Positions 19,533 through 29,344 of a stretch of DNA of 64,000 bases are shown here, in pieces. Origin of the DNA: an uncultured delta proteobacterium (GTDB lineage: Bacteria; Desulfobacterota; Binatia; UBA9968); NCBI GenBank assembly GCA_963771465.1, contig CAVYTU010000015.1:448001-512000 (forward strand). Reading direction: 5' to 3'. Numbering within the stretch: position 1 is the first letter of the stretch; every line of letters starts with the position of its first letter. The notes beneath the pieces were generated by a model. That model was not told the DNA's origin, ran no database searches, and saw only the letters and a program-made list of their open reading frames with translations. The translations under genes were made by a program, and so were the position numbers.

Positions 19533-20528
19533 ATGAAAATGAGAACAATGAAACTAACAGCCCTCTCGCTGTTCACGCTGGTTTTTGTTGCGTTACTCGA
19601 ACCACGCGCGCAAGCCCAAGCGTTAAAAAAAATCCGCCTGGCCAGCTCGTCGACCAACGTCTCCTTCCTGGCGCTTTACACCGCGCTCCATCGTGGCTTT
19701 TTCAAGGATGAAGGCATCGACCTGGAAATCATCTTCATGCCGGCAAATCTCGCCAGCACGGCGGTGCTCAATGGCGACGCCGATTTCAATGGCGCCGTCA
19801 CCGGCACCATCGGCGCGGCCGTCCAAGGGCGGCCGATGAAGGTCTTGCTCTTCACGGTGTCAAAGCCTCTGCTGTTTCTGATGAGCCAGAAAAATATCAA
19901 AGACCTCAAGCAACTCAAAGGTAAAAAAATCGCCGGTAGCTCGCCTGGCGGCTCGGCGACGCTGCTGGCCAATCAAGCGCTCAAACAGATCGGTCTCGAA
20001 CCGGGCAAAGATGTTTCCGTGCTGCAGATGTCCGGCAGTGCTGCCAGCCGGTACGCCGTCTTAGAGTCGGGCGTGGTGGAAGCGTCGCTGTTGTCGGTGC
20101 CGGAGAATATCATCGCCGTTGAAAAAGGTTACAACGAATTGCTTTTTCTCGGCGACGTCATAGAATTTCCCCAGAACGGCTTCGGCACTTCGGACAAACG
20201 CATTCGCGAACATCCCGATGACGTCTATCGCATGGTCCGCGCCACGCTGCGCGGATTGCAATTTGTCTGGGATAAAAACAACAACGAAGCGGTCACCCAT
20301 ATTTTGATGAAGCAGTGGAAAGTAAACGACCGCAAGATGGCCGCTGAAATGTCCCGCCAAGTCGGTCGAGTCTTGACCCGCGACGCCTACGTCAAGCCGG
20401 AATCCGTCCAAGTGCTCATCGACCTCGCCCGCGACAGCGCCAAGGTGACCCGGCCCGTGTCGGTATCGGAAGTCGTCGATTACAGTTTCTTGGACAAAGC
20501 GCGCAAGGAGTTGGGAATCGTAAAATAA
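19533..20528 (+). CDS. NMT1/SsuA-like ABC substrate-binding protein
   Basis: Signal peptide ending AQA; 'GFFKDEGIDLE', 'QLKGKKIAGSS'. Confidence 0.88.
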   Translation: MKMRTMKLTALSLFTLVFVALLEPRAQAQALKKIRLASSSTNVSFLALYTALHRGFFKDEGIDLEIIFMPANLASTAVLNGDADFNGAVTGTIGAAVQGRPMKVLLFTVSKPLLFLMSQKNIKDLKQLKGKKIAGSSPGGSATLLANQALKQIGLEPGKDVSVLQMSGSAASRYAVLESGVVEASLLSVPENIIAVEKGYNELLFLGDVIEFPQNGFGTSDKRIREHPDDVYRMVRATLRGLQFVWDKNNNEAVTHILMKQWKVNDRKMAAEMSRQVGRVLTRDAYVKPESVQVLIDLARDSAKVTRPVSVSEVVDYSFLDKARKELGIVK

Positions 20529-20575
20529 CTTGTAGCAGGAGGTGCAGCAGGCTGCGCCCTTTTCTAAAGGAGAAG

Positions 20576-21601
20576 TTAAAGCATTGGATCGATGATCACC
20601 TTGATCGAATCCTGCCCGCTCGCCGTCAACTGAAATCCCCAGCCGGTCTCGGCCAAAGGCAAACGGTGCGTCACCATGTCGGCGACTCGCACTTTGTGGT
20701 CGCGGATCAGCTCCAATGACTCTTTTAAATCATCGCCGCTGCCGGCGTAGGAAGTCACTACATTAATCTCGTCGCGCCAATAATCGAAGAGCGGAATCGC
20801 CACGTCGACACCAGCCGCCGTCGGCGCAAAGAACAGCAACGTGCCACCGCGATCGACGGATTTCACCGCCTGCTCAATCGCCGGCATCGCTCCGGTGCAA
20901 ACGATGACGAGATCGGCCAGTCGGCCGCCATTCAGTTCTAAGAGCTTTGCAGGCACATTCTCTGAACCATGAATCGTCGCATCGGCACCAAACTGCTTCG
21001 CAGCATTCAAGCGAAAGTCACTGATGTCGGTGGCAATGATGCGCTCAGCCCCGCATGCACGAGCGAGTTGAATATGAAGCAGCCCCGAAATGCCACTGCC
21101 AATCACCAAAACCGATTGGCCAGCATTCAGTCTCGCAAACCGCTGCGCACGCACGACGCACGCCAAGGGTTCGATAAACGATCCCTCATCGAAGGTCGTG
21201 GAGTCCGGGATTCGCAAGGTACCAAGCTCGACGTTGATCTTTGGTACGCGAATGTACTCGGCAAAGCCGCCAGGATCGAAGTGCGTCGAGCGCAGCAGAT
21301 CGCAAACCGACTGATGGCCCGACAGGCAATAGCGACATTGGCCGCACGGCACATGATGCGACGAAAAAACCCGATCCCCAACTTTGAAATTCGTGACTCC
21401 CTCACCTACTTCCTCAACCTCTGCGGTAATTTCGTGCCCCAACACGAGGGGCGCTTTTTTGACGCGATACCACTCCATTAAGTCGCTGCCGCAAATCCCG
21501 CTCGCGCGCATACGCAACAGCAGCTCGCCAGGACCAATCTTTGGAACGGGCAGCTCTTCGAGACGAACATCCCGATTGTTGTAATACATGGCGACGCGCA
21601 T
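20576..21601 (-). CDS. Zinc-dependent medium-chain dehydrogenase (sorbitol/threonine dehydrogenase-like)
   Basis: GICGSD, GHE, CGQCRYC..C, EPLAC, GSGISG. Confidence 0.92.
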   Translation of the reverse strand: MRVAMYYNNRDVRLEELPVPKIGPGELLLRMRASGICGSDLMEWYRVKKAPLVLGHEITAEVEEVGEGVTNFKVGDRVFSSHHVPCGQCRYCLSGHQSVCDLLRSTHFDPGGFAEYIRVPKINVELGTLRIPDSTTFDEGSFIEPLACVVRAQRFARLNAGQSVLVIGSGISGLLHIQLARACGAERIIATDISDFRLNAAKQFGADATIHGSENVPAKLLELNGGRLADLVIVCTGAMPAIEQAVKSVDRGGTLLFFAPTAAGVDVAIPLFDYWRDEINVVTSYAGSGDDLKESLELIRDHKVRVADMVTHRLPLAETGWGFQLTASGQDSIKVIIDPML

Positions 21602-21628
21602 TTTAGAATTTCGAGGGATTAAGGACTG

Positions 21629-21657
21629 TGTAGGGGACGGTCGCGACTGTTCCGTAG
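21629..21657. repeat. GTAG-type REP-like palindrome
   Basis: TGTAGGGGACGGTCGCGACTGTTCCGTA; a related degenerate copy lies near 20531-20560. Confidence 0.5.
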
Positions 21658-21680
21658 CCGGTAATTGTCACAATGATGTT

Positions 21681-22485
21681 TCATGACGCCTTCCTGCGGT
21701 TGCGTTTCTTTTCGCTCTCATAAATCTTAAACGCTTCTTTCACCGAGACATTCTCATGCACGATCGCGCGCACGGCTTTGATCATGCCCACAGGGCGAAT
21801 CGGATTGAAAAATATTTCGCCCCATGTCGACTCCGACCGCGCCGCCTTTGACCGCGTTGTACGCCAACTCCAAGGCTTCCATCTCGGGAGTTTTTTTGCC
21901 GCCGGCGACGATGACGGGAATCGGACAGCTGCCGATCAGCTCTTCGAAATTGTCGCAGTAATAAGTCTTGACGATATGCGCGCCCATTTCCGCGGCGATA
22001 CGGCAGGATAGGCCGAGATAGCGCACGTCGCGTGCCATATCTTTGCCGACCGCGGTAACGGCGAGCACCGGGATGCCGTACTTCTCGCCTTCGTCGACGA
22101 GCTTGGCGAGACTGACCAATGTTTCCTTCTCGAAGTCTGAGCCGACAAAGATCGACAGTGCCATCGCGGAGACGTTCAAGCGAATGCAATCGTCGATCGA
22201 TACGGTGATGTCTTCGTTGGACAATTCTTTGAGAATACTCGTGCCGCCGGAGACTCTGAGCACGATCGGCTTGTCTGCCTTGGCGTCCACGGAGGTGCGC
22301 AACACGCCGCGCGTCAACATGATCGAGTCGGCGTGCGCCATCAAGGGTTCGATGGTCTTTCGTGGCTCTTCGAGTCCGCTGGTCGGTCCGAGAAAATAGC
22401 CGTGATCGACCGCGAGCATGACCGCTCGGCCGTCCGCTTTGATGATCCTCGCTAAACGATTCGCCATTCCCCAATTCATCGACAT
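21681..22485 (-). CDS. lsrF: LsrF-type thiolase / class I aldolase (DhnA family), frameshift near 21795
   Basis: 'NWGMANRLARI', 'MLAVDHGYFLGPT', 'VKTYYC', 'AGGKK', 'GVDMGRNIFQS'; C-terminus PVGMIKAVRAIVHE...KAS* in the shifted frame. Confidence 0.88.
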
Positions 22486-22623
22486 GATTTCCTCCCAGGA
22501 AATAATTTAATTGGCCCAAAAGTTATCACAAAATCGCCGTAAATGTGAATCGGCAGCACCGCGCCATTTGACTCTTCGCCGCGCCAGTATTAGGTTGACG
22601 CCGAATCATCAATGGGAGGAACT

Positions 22624-23047
22624 ATGCCGATCGAAGTCATTCGATATGATCAAGATGGCCAAGGAAGAGGGCAAGCGCAAGAAGATTTTCAACACCAACC
22701 GCTTTCACTCTTGGCTGCACGTGTACCCCAAGCCCGGCGACAAAGACGACATGCACTGCCACAACGCCGATCAAACCTTTTATGTCATCGACGGTGAATG
22801 CACCATGCATTTCCCTGATGGCGGCAAAGCCGTCATGAAACCGGGCATGGCGGCTACGATCACCGGTGGGTCGTTCTACCAGCTGGAGAATACCGGACCG
22901 GATGCCATGGTCTTGATGGGCAATCGATCCGGCGCGTCGGAAGCGATCCAGCATATCAATTACGAGCTGCGTAAAGACCTAAAGTCCCTGGCACCCGAAG
23001 AGGCGGATCGCATCCGCCATCAAGGCGGTTCGCGCAGTTCGGCTTAA
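22624..23047 (+). CDS. Cupin-domain protein (frameshift near 22640)
   Basis: GGAGG RBS and ATG 22624; 'MHCHNADQTFYVIDG'. Confidence 0.8.
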
Positions 23048-23057
23048 CGCCGGCCGA

Positions 23058-23945
23058 TCACGTTCGCGATGCCCTTTGCGCCGCTGCCGCGGACTTGTCG
23101 AACGTCGGCCAGAGGTAGCGCACTCCGAGGCCAAATAGAATGACGGCGCCGCCGACCAGCGTTGCTGCGGACGGTATCTCGCCCACGACCAGCGCCACCC
23201 AAAGCGGATTGAGCACCGGCTCGACCAACGCGATCAGCGACGCTTCCTGGAGCGAGACGGTTTCAAGCCCCTTGGAGAAGAGAAAATAGGGCATGCCCAG
23301 TTGCACCGCGCCCATTACCGCGAGAGCCAGTGCCTGATCGAGCGATAGCCCAAGTTGAGAGCGCACCACCATCAAGAGCAGCAGGGCGCAGACCAGATTG
23401 TTCAACCATGTGAGATAAACCGGCTGCACATGTTTGGTGCGCTGCAAGTTGATCATGTAAACGGCGAACAGCACGCCGCTCAGGAGCGCCAGCAACACAC
23501 CGGCCATTTCCGGCTCGCCGGCGCTGTCGAGGGAAATGATCGCGACGCCGATCATCGCCACAGTCAGAGCAAAACTATTGAGCCGAGAGATCTTCTCGCC
23601 CCACACCCATCGCGTGAACAGAAAAACAAACACCGGCGCGGTGTACTGGAGCACGATCGCGTTAGCCGCCGTCGTCAATTTGTTCGCCGCGACAAAGGCG
23701 CTGATCGCCGCCGTATAGCTGAGCACCGACAACAGGATCGCGCGGTTGAATTGAAATTGCTGCCGCCGCAAAAACGGCACGAACACCAACGACGCGAACA
23801 AGCTGCGATAAAAGACAATCGTTAGCGGATGAAGGTCGAGGAACTTAATAAAAACACCGGCCAAGCTCCAAAGCAAAGCGGCCGAGAGAATCAGCCAGCG
23901 GCCGCGATCAAAATCGCGTTTGGTCGGAGAGCTTGAATGGTCCAT
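23058..23945 (-). CDS. EamA/DMT-family transporter
   Basis: About 10 hydrophobic helices; 'TTAANAIVLQYTAP', 'LVEPVLNPLW'. Confidence 0.9.
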   Translation of the reverse strand: MDHSSSPTKRDFDRGRWLILSAALLWSLAGVFIKFLDLHPLTIVFYRSLFASLVFVPFLRRQQFQFNRAILLSVLSYTAAISAFVAANKLTTAANAIVLQYTAPVFVFLFTRWVWGEKISRLNSFALTVAMIGVAIISLDSAGEPEMAGVLLALLSGVLFAVYMINLQRTKHVQPVYLTWLNNLVCALLLLMVVRSQLGLSLDQALALAVMGAVQLGMPYFLFSKGLETVSLQEASLIALVEPVLNPLWVALVVGEIPSAATLVGGAVILFGLGVRYLWPTFDKSAAAAQRASRT

Positions 23946-24094
23946 CGCCGGGTCGCAACGGTAGCAACAGTGAACTGACGGCGCAGCGCCGCGGCACAAG
24001 GGCGCCGATCGGCGCTCAAAAAAATGGGATGAGACGCCGCAGCGTATCATCCCAGTCGCACATTACCGACGGAAATCTCAGTAAATGAAATTTA

Positions 24095-24541
24095 TCAAGC
24101 GTCGGAAACCACCGAGACTTTGAGTGGCACGGTGATATCCCCCGACAAGCGCACCGGCACATCGTAGTCGCCGGCGCTTTTGATCGGCTCGGCGAGCTGA
24201 ATCTTGCGCCGGTCGACGTTTAAACCTTTAGCCTTGAGCGCCTTTTCGATGTGGATGTTGGTCACCGAGCCGAAAAGCTTGCCTTCCTCGCCGACTTTCA
24301 TCGGAATCACCAACGACACGCCGTTGAGCTGGTCGCCCACCGACTGGGCTTGGCGCACGATCTTTTGCTTCTGATCGCCGACGATTTTCTTGTGGTGCTC
24401 GAAGGTTTTCAGATTCTTCTTATTCGCCTCCAGCACCAAGCCGCGTGGCAACAAGTAATTGCGCGCATAGCCGTCGCGCACTCTGACGATCTCGCCGATC
24501 TTACCGAGATTGTCGATATCTTCTTTTAGAATAACTTCCAT
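24095..24541 (-). CDS. rplI: 50S ribosomal protein L9
   Basis: MEVILKEDIDNLGKIGEIVRVRDGYARNYLLP; GKLFGSVT. Confidence 0.98.
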   Translation of the reverse strand: MEVILKEDIDNLGKIGEIVRVRDGYARNYLLPRGLVLEANKKNLKTFEHHKKIVGDQKQKIVRQAQSVGDQLNGVSLVIPMKVGEEGKLFGSVTNIHIEKALKAKGLNVDRRKIQLAEPIKSAGDYDVPVRLSGDITVPLKVSVVSDA

Positions 24542-24551
24542 GACTCCTCCA

Positions 24552-25505
24552 CTAAGCTGTTTGGCTTGGCGCGGCCTTGTTCTTGCCCAAACGGCGAAAA
24601 TCTCCCCATAGGTCGAACAAGCCAAGCCCAACGACCAACAGCGTAAAGATTTGTTGAAACACAATCAGCACGTAGGTCAAACCGCGCAAAAAGCGCGGCA
24701 CGTTGTTCTTGTGAAAAAAAAAGCCGATCACGGCCAAGCCCTGAGCGAAGTAAAACGCGCCGATCACCAGCAATAAATTCAACGCGACCATTCGAAGCAG
24801 GCCGAGATCGGGAACGAACAAGGCAAAGCCGCAGGCGATAAACCCCCAAACCAGGACCTCCGGCCCTTTCCATTCGCGTAGATGCTCGAGGGTGAACCAC
24901 TGGGCGCGCCGATCTGGGAAGCGCCGGCCGAGATATAAAATATTGATCAACACGATAAAGGCAAAACTCAACAGCAGCAGCGCCGGCAGGATTTGTAGCA
25001 TGACGTCGACAATCTGCGGCGCCCGCTCTTTGAGCATCGCCAAACTTTCTTGCGAGAAACCGAATTTTTCTTGCATACGCATGGCGGAATCGAGCTGTTG
25101 GGTCATGCCCTGGCGAAAATCGCGAAACATCGCGGCCCAGGAGCCGAAAAAATACAGCGATAAACCCGCCGTGAGCGCCAACATCGCAGCGGCGACTCCG
25201 GAAACCAAAAACTCGATGACGCGAATCCGGCCTAACAAACCCAACAGCATCCCGGCCATGAGCGCGAAAATGCCGTAAAGAAATGCCGCCTCTTCGCCCG
25301 CGAGAACAGCCAACAACAAGAGCGCGACACACAACACGCCGATGCCGCCGGCGACGCCAAACTTGAAACCGAACATGAGCACGGGCTGGGCAACCAAGGG
25401 CAGCACGATCACGCCCAGCGGCGGCATGGCGATGCCGCTCATAAACAAAAACACAGTGGCGGTCAAAGCCAATAGAAACTTACTGATGACTTCGAGCCGC
25501 TGCAT
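24552..25505 (-). CDS. DUF2232/YybS-family membrane protein
   Basis: Polytopic; 'QGLAV', 'GLFDLWGDFRR'; conserved position between rpsR and rplI. Confidence 0.88.
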   Translation of the reverse strand: MQRLEVISKFLLALTATVFLFMSGIAMPPLGVIVLPLVAQPVLMFGFKFGVAGGIGVLCVALLLLAVLAGEEAAFLYGIFALMAGMLLGLLGRIRVIEFLVSGVAAAMLALTAGLSLYFFGSWAAMFRDFRQGMTQQLDSAMRMQEKFGFSQESLAMLKERAPQIVDVMLQILPALLLLSFAFIVLINILYLGRRFPDRRAQWFTLEHLREWKGPEVLVWGFIACGFALFVPDLGLLRMVALNLLLVIGAFYFAQGLAVIGFFFHKNNVPRFLRGLTYVLIVFQQIFTLLVVGLGLFDLWGDFRRLGKNKAAPSQTA

Positions 25506-25527
25506 AAGATTGGACCGAAACAGAATC

Positions 25528-25821
25528 TTAGTTGTTAGCGGTCGTGAAGGGCAGCAGCGCCACGCTGCGCGCGCGCTTCACCGCGGTCGTGAGCAAGCGC
25601 TGATGACGGGCGCAGTTTCCCGTGATCCGACTGGGCGTCATCTTGCCGCGCTCAGTAACGAACTGCGTAAGGGTGCGGAGATCCTTGTAATCGATCTTGA
25701 GCGATTTATCAGCGCAAAACCGACACACCTTGCGTCGGAACATCGGCCGTCGGCGCTGTCCGCCTTTGTCTTCGTCCGATCGTTCCCGGCTTGGTCTCGC
25801 GCTCCGTTCGTACTGTGCCAT
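25528..25821 (-). CDS. rpsR: 30S ribosomal protein S18
   Basis: [35 protein letters not shown]. Confidence 0.98.
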   Translation of the reverse strand: MAQYERSARPSRERSDEDKGGQRRRPMFRRKVCRFCADKSLKIDYKDLRTLTQFVTERGKMTPSRITGNCARHQRLLTTAVKRARSVALLPFTTANN

Positions 25822-25977
25822 AGATTAAACTACCTCTTTCTCCGAATTCACTGCGCATCCCGGCTCATCCAATTCACGCGGATAATGCAAACTCATATTT
25901 CGCTCGGCAAATCGAGCCACTGCTGAGAATGCGACTTCGATTCGATGCTCGGCGGCCGTTGCCCGATCGTTTGGTAA

Positions 25978-26400
25978 CTAGGCGGAAGGCTCGACCTTTG
26001 GGGCGCTCTCTTCAGTGTGACGCCGCGGCTCATCGGGACGCCGTCCCCGGTCATCGGGATACCGCCGCTGGTCATCAGAATATGGCCGAGGCGCCGAAGG
26101 ACTTATGGTCGGTGTGCTGGCGTCTGCGCGCACGGTCAAATAGCGCAAAATGCCGTCGGTCATCCTGAGATTTCGCTCCAGTTCATCGACGGCGCGGCCG
26201 GACGCATTATAGCGGATCAAAGTGTAATAACCGCGCGCCTGCTTTTCGATTCGATAGGCGAGATCTCGAGCGCCCCACTCATCGATATCGGTGACGCTGC
26301 CATCCTGACCTTCGATCACCTTTTTGAATCTCTCGATGAATTCCTTCATCCTCGGCCCTTTTTCGGGATGAACCACGAAAAGGGTTTCATATAGAGTCAC
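25978..26400 (-). CDS. rpsF: 30S ribosomal protein S6
   Basis: YETLFVVHP, WGARDLAYRIEK, ILRYLTVR. Confidence 0.97.
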   Translation of the reverse strand: MTLYETLFVVHPEKGPRMKEFIERFKKVIEGQDGSVTDIDEWGARDLAYRIEKQARGYYTLIRYNASGRAVDELERNLRMTDGILRYLTVRADASTPTISPSAPRPYSDDQRRYPDDRGRRPDEPRRHTEESAPKVEPSA

Positions 26401-26470
26401 GATATGTTTATCCTCCGCAATAAGTCGTTTTATCTAACATAGCGATGGGCCGTTTACAATGTGACGGCGG

Positions 26471-27037
26471 TCACTGTGCCCGGTTAAAAACCTCCATGGC
26501 GCGCTGTGTACCTTCGCGCAACAGGCAATCCACTGCGGCCGCGGTGCGATCGATGACATCGCTCAGATGACTAATCTCGTCGGGACTAAACGGTTCAAGC
26601 ACATAGTCGACGGCGTCTTTCCCCTCAGGCGGCCTGCCGATGCCAACTCGTACGCGGCAAAAAGGCGCGCCGGCCAAACTTTCCATGATTGAAAGAATGC
26701 CGCGGTGACCAGCCGCGCCACCTTGGGGTCGAATGCGCATCCGGCCAAAAGGCAAATCCAAGTCATCGTAGACAATGACGAGATCGTTGGCCGTGCCACC
26801 ATACTCATGCAGTAAGCTTTCGACCGCCGCGCCGCTACGGTTCATGAAGGTTTTCGGTTTGGCTACGATTACCTTCTCGCCGTTCGTAAATCCTGCACCA
26901 ACCCATGCGTCGCAAAGATTTCGCTCTACTGCGATGTCATACCGCTTGGCGAGCTGGTCGATGACTAAGAATCCGAGATTGTGCCGCGTGTTCTGGTATT
27001 TTATTCCCGGATTGCCGAGACCGACGACGAATTTCAC
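26471..27037 (-). CDS. pth: Peptidyl-tRNA hydrolase
   Basis: VGLGNPG, TRHNLGF, KPKTFMNRSG, DDLDL, RVGIGRP. Confidence 0.98.
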   Translation of the reverse strand: MKFVVGLGNPGIKYQNTRHNLGFLVIDQLAKRYDIAVERNLCDAWVGAGFTNGEKVIVAKPKTFMNRSGAAVESLLHEYGGTANDLVIVYDDLDLPFGRMRIRPQGGAAGHRGILSIMESLAGAPFCRVRVGIGRPPEGKDAVDYVLEPFSPDEISHLSDVIDRTAAAVDCLLREGTQRAMEVFNRAQ

Positions 27038-27075
27038 CGATCACAACTCGCGTGCCGGGAGAATACCAAGAACGA

Positions 27076-27723
27076 CTATTCGTCTTCCTTTTTCGCTTCC
27101 GCTGCCACCGGTGCCACAACTGCGCCCTCTTCCGGCGCTGTCGCTGGCGTCGGCTCTTCTTCAACGGTTGGCGTGACCACGGAAACCAATGCTAGATCCG
27201 ATTCGGAAACTGCCGTTACACCATTCGGCATCTGCAGTTCCTCAACATGCACGGAGTCGCCGATATCCAACGCGCTTACATCGACGTCAAAAAACTGTGG
27301 GATGTCCAGTGGCAAGCATTCGACTTCAATTTCACGGACGTTCGGTTGCAGAATGCCGCCGCGAGTCACGCCGAAAGCTTTACCGATAAAATGGAGCGGC
27401 ACATGGACCTGAATCTTCGCGGTCAAATCGACCTCGTAAAGGTCGGCGTGAATCACATCGCCGCTGATCGGATGGTATTGCATGTCCTTGACCAGCGCGA
27501 CTTTTTCCGCCAGTGAGGTCGCGGACGACTTCAAGCGCACTAGATGAGAGCCTTCTAGGCCAGCGACGCGGCTGGTGAACTCGCGTTTGTCGAACTCCAG
27601 CGCCACCGCTTGGGTTTTCGGTCCGTACAGCACGCCGGGAATTTTGCCGCCGCGCAGTAAGCGCCTGGCATCGCGTTTATGTTTTTTGTCACGGGCGTCG
27701 ACTTTTATTTCAAGAGTTTCCAA
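27076..27723 (-). CDS. rplY: 50S ribosomal protein L25/Ctc
   Basis: ARRLLRGGKIPGVLYG, QYHPI, HADLY, GGIL. Confidence 0.96.
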   Translation of the reverse strand: METLEIKVDARDKKHKRDARRLLRGGKIPGVLYGPKTQAVALEFDKREFTSRVAGLEGSHLVRLKSSATSLAEKVALVKDMQYHPISGDVIHADLYEVDLTAKIQVHVPLHFIGKAFGVTRGGILQPNVREIEVECLPLDIPQFFDVDVSALDIGDSVHVEELQMPNGVTAVSESDLALVSVVTPTVEEEPTPATAPEEGAVVAPVAAEAKKEDE

Positions 27724-27741
27724 AGAACTTTCCTCCTATCG

Positions 27742-28695
27742 CTATACGAATAGCGAACTGATCGATTCTTCTTCGTGGGTGCGTCGGATCGCTTCGCCAA
27801 TTAAATGAGCTACCGATAAAGTTTTAATCTTGCCACAGCCCTGCGCCTGCGCGCTTAGCGGGATCGTATTGGTAACGATCAATTCCTCCAACGGGCTTTC
27901 CTCGATACGTTTGATCGCTGGGCCGGACAACACCGGATGGGTACAGCAGCCGATAATTTTCTTTGCGCCTTCTTTCTTGAGCGCTGCGGCGGCCATGGTC
28001 AATGTCCCTGCGGTGTCGATCATATCGTCGACTAGAATCGCCACACGGTCGGCGACTTCGCCGATGATATGCATCTCGGCGACGACGTTGGGTCCAACCC
28101 GCCGTTTATCGATGATCGCGAGCGCCGCATCCAAGCGGGTCGCAATGGCGCGCGCCCGCTCGACGCCACCGGCATCGGGCGACACGATCGTCACTTCATT
28201 ATGATTCAGCTGTTTTCTCAAATGTTCGAGCAGCACCGGCGTCGCATAGACGTTATCGACGGGAATGTCGAAAAAGCCTTGGATCTGCCCGGAGTGAAGA
28301 TCCATCGTCAACATGCGCGACGCACCCGCCGTGGTAATGAGGTCGGCGACCAGCTTGGCGCTGATCGGCACTCGAGGAACGACTTTGCGGTCTTGGCGCG
28401 CGTAACCATAGTACGGCATGACCGCCGTTATCCGCATCGCCGAAGCGCGCTTGAAAGCATCGAGCATGAGCAACAACTCCATCAAGTTGTTGTTGCCGGG
28501 CGCCGAGGTCGACTGCAGCACAAAGACGTCGGCGCCGCGAACATTCTCCTTGATCTCAACCTTGCTCTCGCCATCACTAAACGTGTCAACGGTCGCTTTT
28601 CCCATCGGCACCTTAAGATACTGGCTGATCTCCGCGGCCAATGGCGGATTGGAATTGCCGGCGAAAATTTTTAGTTCAGTTGTGTGCTGTGCCAT
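27742..28695 (-). CDS. prs: Ribose-phosphate pyrophosphokinase
   Basis: [38 protein letters not shown]. Confidence 0.98.
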   Translation of the reverse strand: MAQHTTELKIFAGNSNPPLAAEISQYLKVPMGKATVDTFSDGESKVEIKENVRGADVFVLQSTSAPGNNNLMELLLMLDAFKRASAMRITAVMPYYGYARQDRKVVPRVPISAKLVADLITTAGASRMLTMDLHSGQIQGFFDIPVDNVYATPVLLEHLRKQLNHNEVTIVSPDAGGVERARAIATRLDAALAIIDKRRVGPNVVAEMHIIGEVADRVAILVDDMIDTAGTLTMAAAALKKEGAKKIIGCCTHPVLSGPAIKRIEESPLEELIVTNTIPLSAQAQGCGKIKTLSVAHLIGEAIRRTHEEESISSLFV

Positions 28696-28865
28696 GGTTG
28701 GGATTTGCCCTGATAACACCATTTATTACCCGATTCGAGCTCGCCGGTGTTCCCGCATTCACCGGCCACGATCTGTACCCGACCAAAATAATGAGCGCCG
28801 TTCCTCCGTGAACGGCGCCCAGTAGAACCAGATAACTTTGGACGACCAGCTAAAGCGCTTTAAAC

Positions 28866-28939
28866 TGGCTGGGCGGGAAGGATTCGAACCTTCGATACCG
28901 GCTCCAAAGGCCGGGGCCTTACCGCTTGGCGACCGCCCA
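28866..28939 (-). tRNA. tRNA-Gln(TTG)
   Basis: Reverse complement TGGGCGGTCGCCAAGCGGTAAGGCCCCGGCCTTTGGAGCCGGTATCGAAGGTTCGAATCCTTCCCGCCCAGCCA. Confidence 0.96.
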
Positions 28940-28985
28940 TCCCCGAACCTCTTTGTGAGAAGTTCACCGGCCCACGTAGAATACT

Positions 28986-29276
28986 TTATCTGTCGTCATC
29001 GACGGCTTTTGGGCTCCCACCTTCGGTGAGCACTTTATGATATTCTGCGATTATTTTCTCTTCGATCATCCGGCGCGTCTCGTTATTGATCGGATGCGCG
29101 ATATCCTTATAGGTGCCGTCTTTGCGTTTCTTACTGGGCATGGAGACAAAGAACCCAGTGGCGCTGTGAATGATTTTCAAGTCGCGAATCACGAAACAGT
29201 GATCGAATGTGATCGTGACATAAGCCTTAAGTTTATCTTCATCGACAGGAAAGACCCTAACTTCGGTAACCTGCAT
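28986..29276 (-). CDS. spoVG: SpoVG nucleic-acid-binding protein
   Basis: MQVTEVRV, KLKAYVTITFD, FVSMPS, YKDIAHPIN. Confidence 0.96.
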   Translation of the reverse strand: MQVTEVRVFPVDEDKLKAYVTITFDHCFVIRDLKIIHSATGFFVSMPSKKRKDGTYKDIAHPINNETRRMIEEKIIAEYHKVLTEGGSPKAVDDDR

Positions 29277-29344
29277 AGGGACCCCCAATTGAGACGAGCC
29301 AGATGTTTAGCTGGCGGCTACTATAGGCTTTCTTAATCTATCGA

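Noticed and set aside
28986-29276. spoVG as evidence of sporulation
   Set aside because: SpoVG is a general nucleic-acid-binding protein also found in non-sporulating lineages, including deltaproteobacteria and spirochaetes
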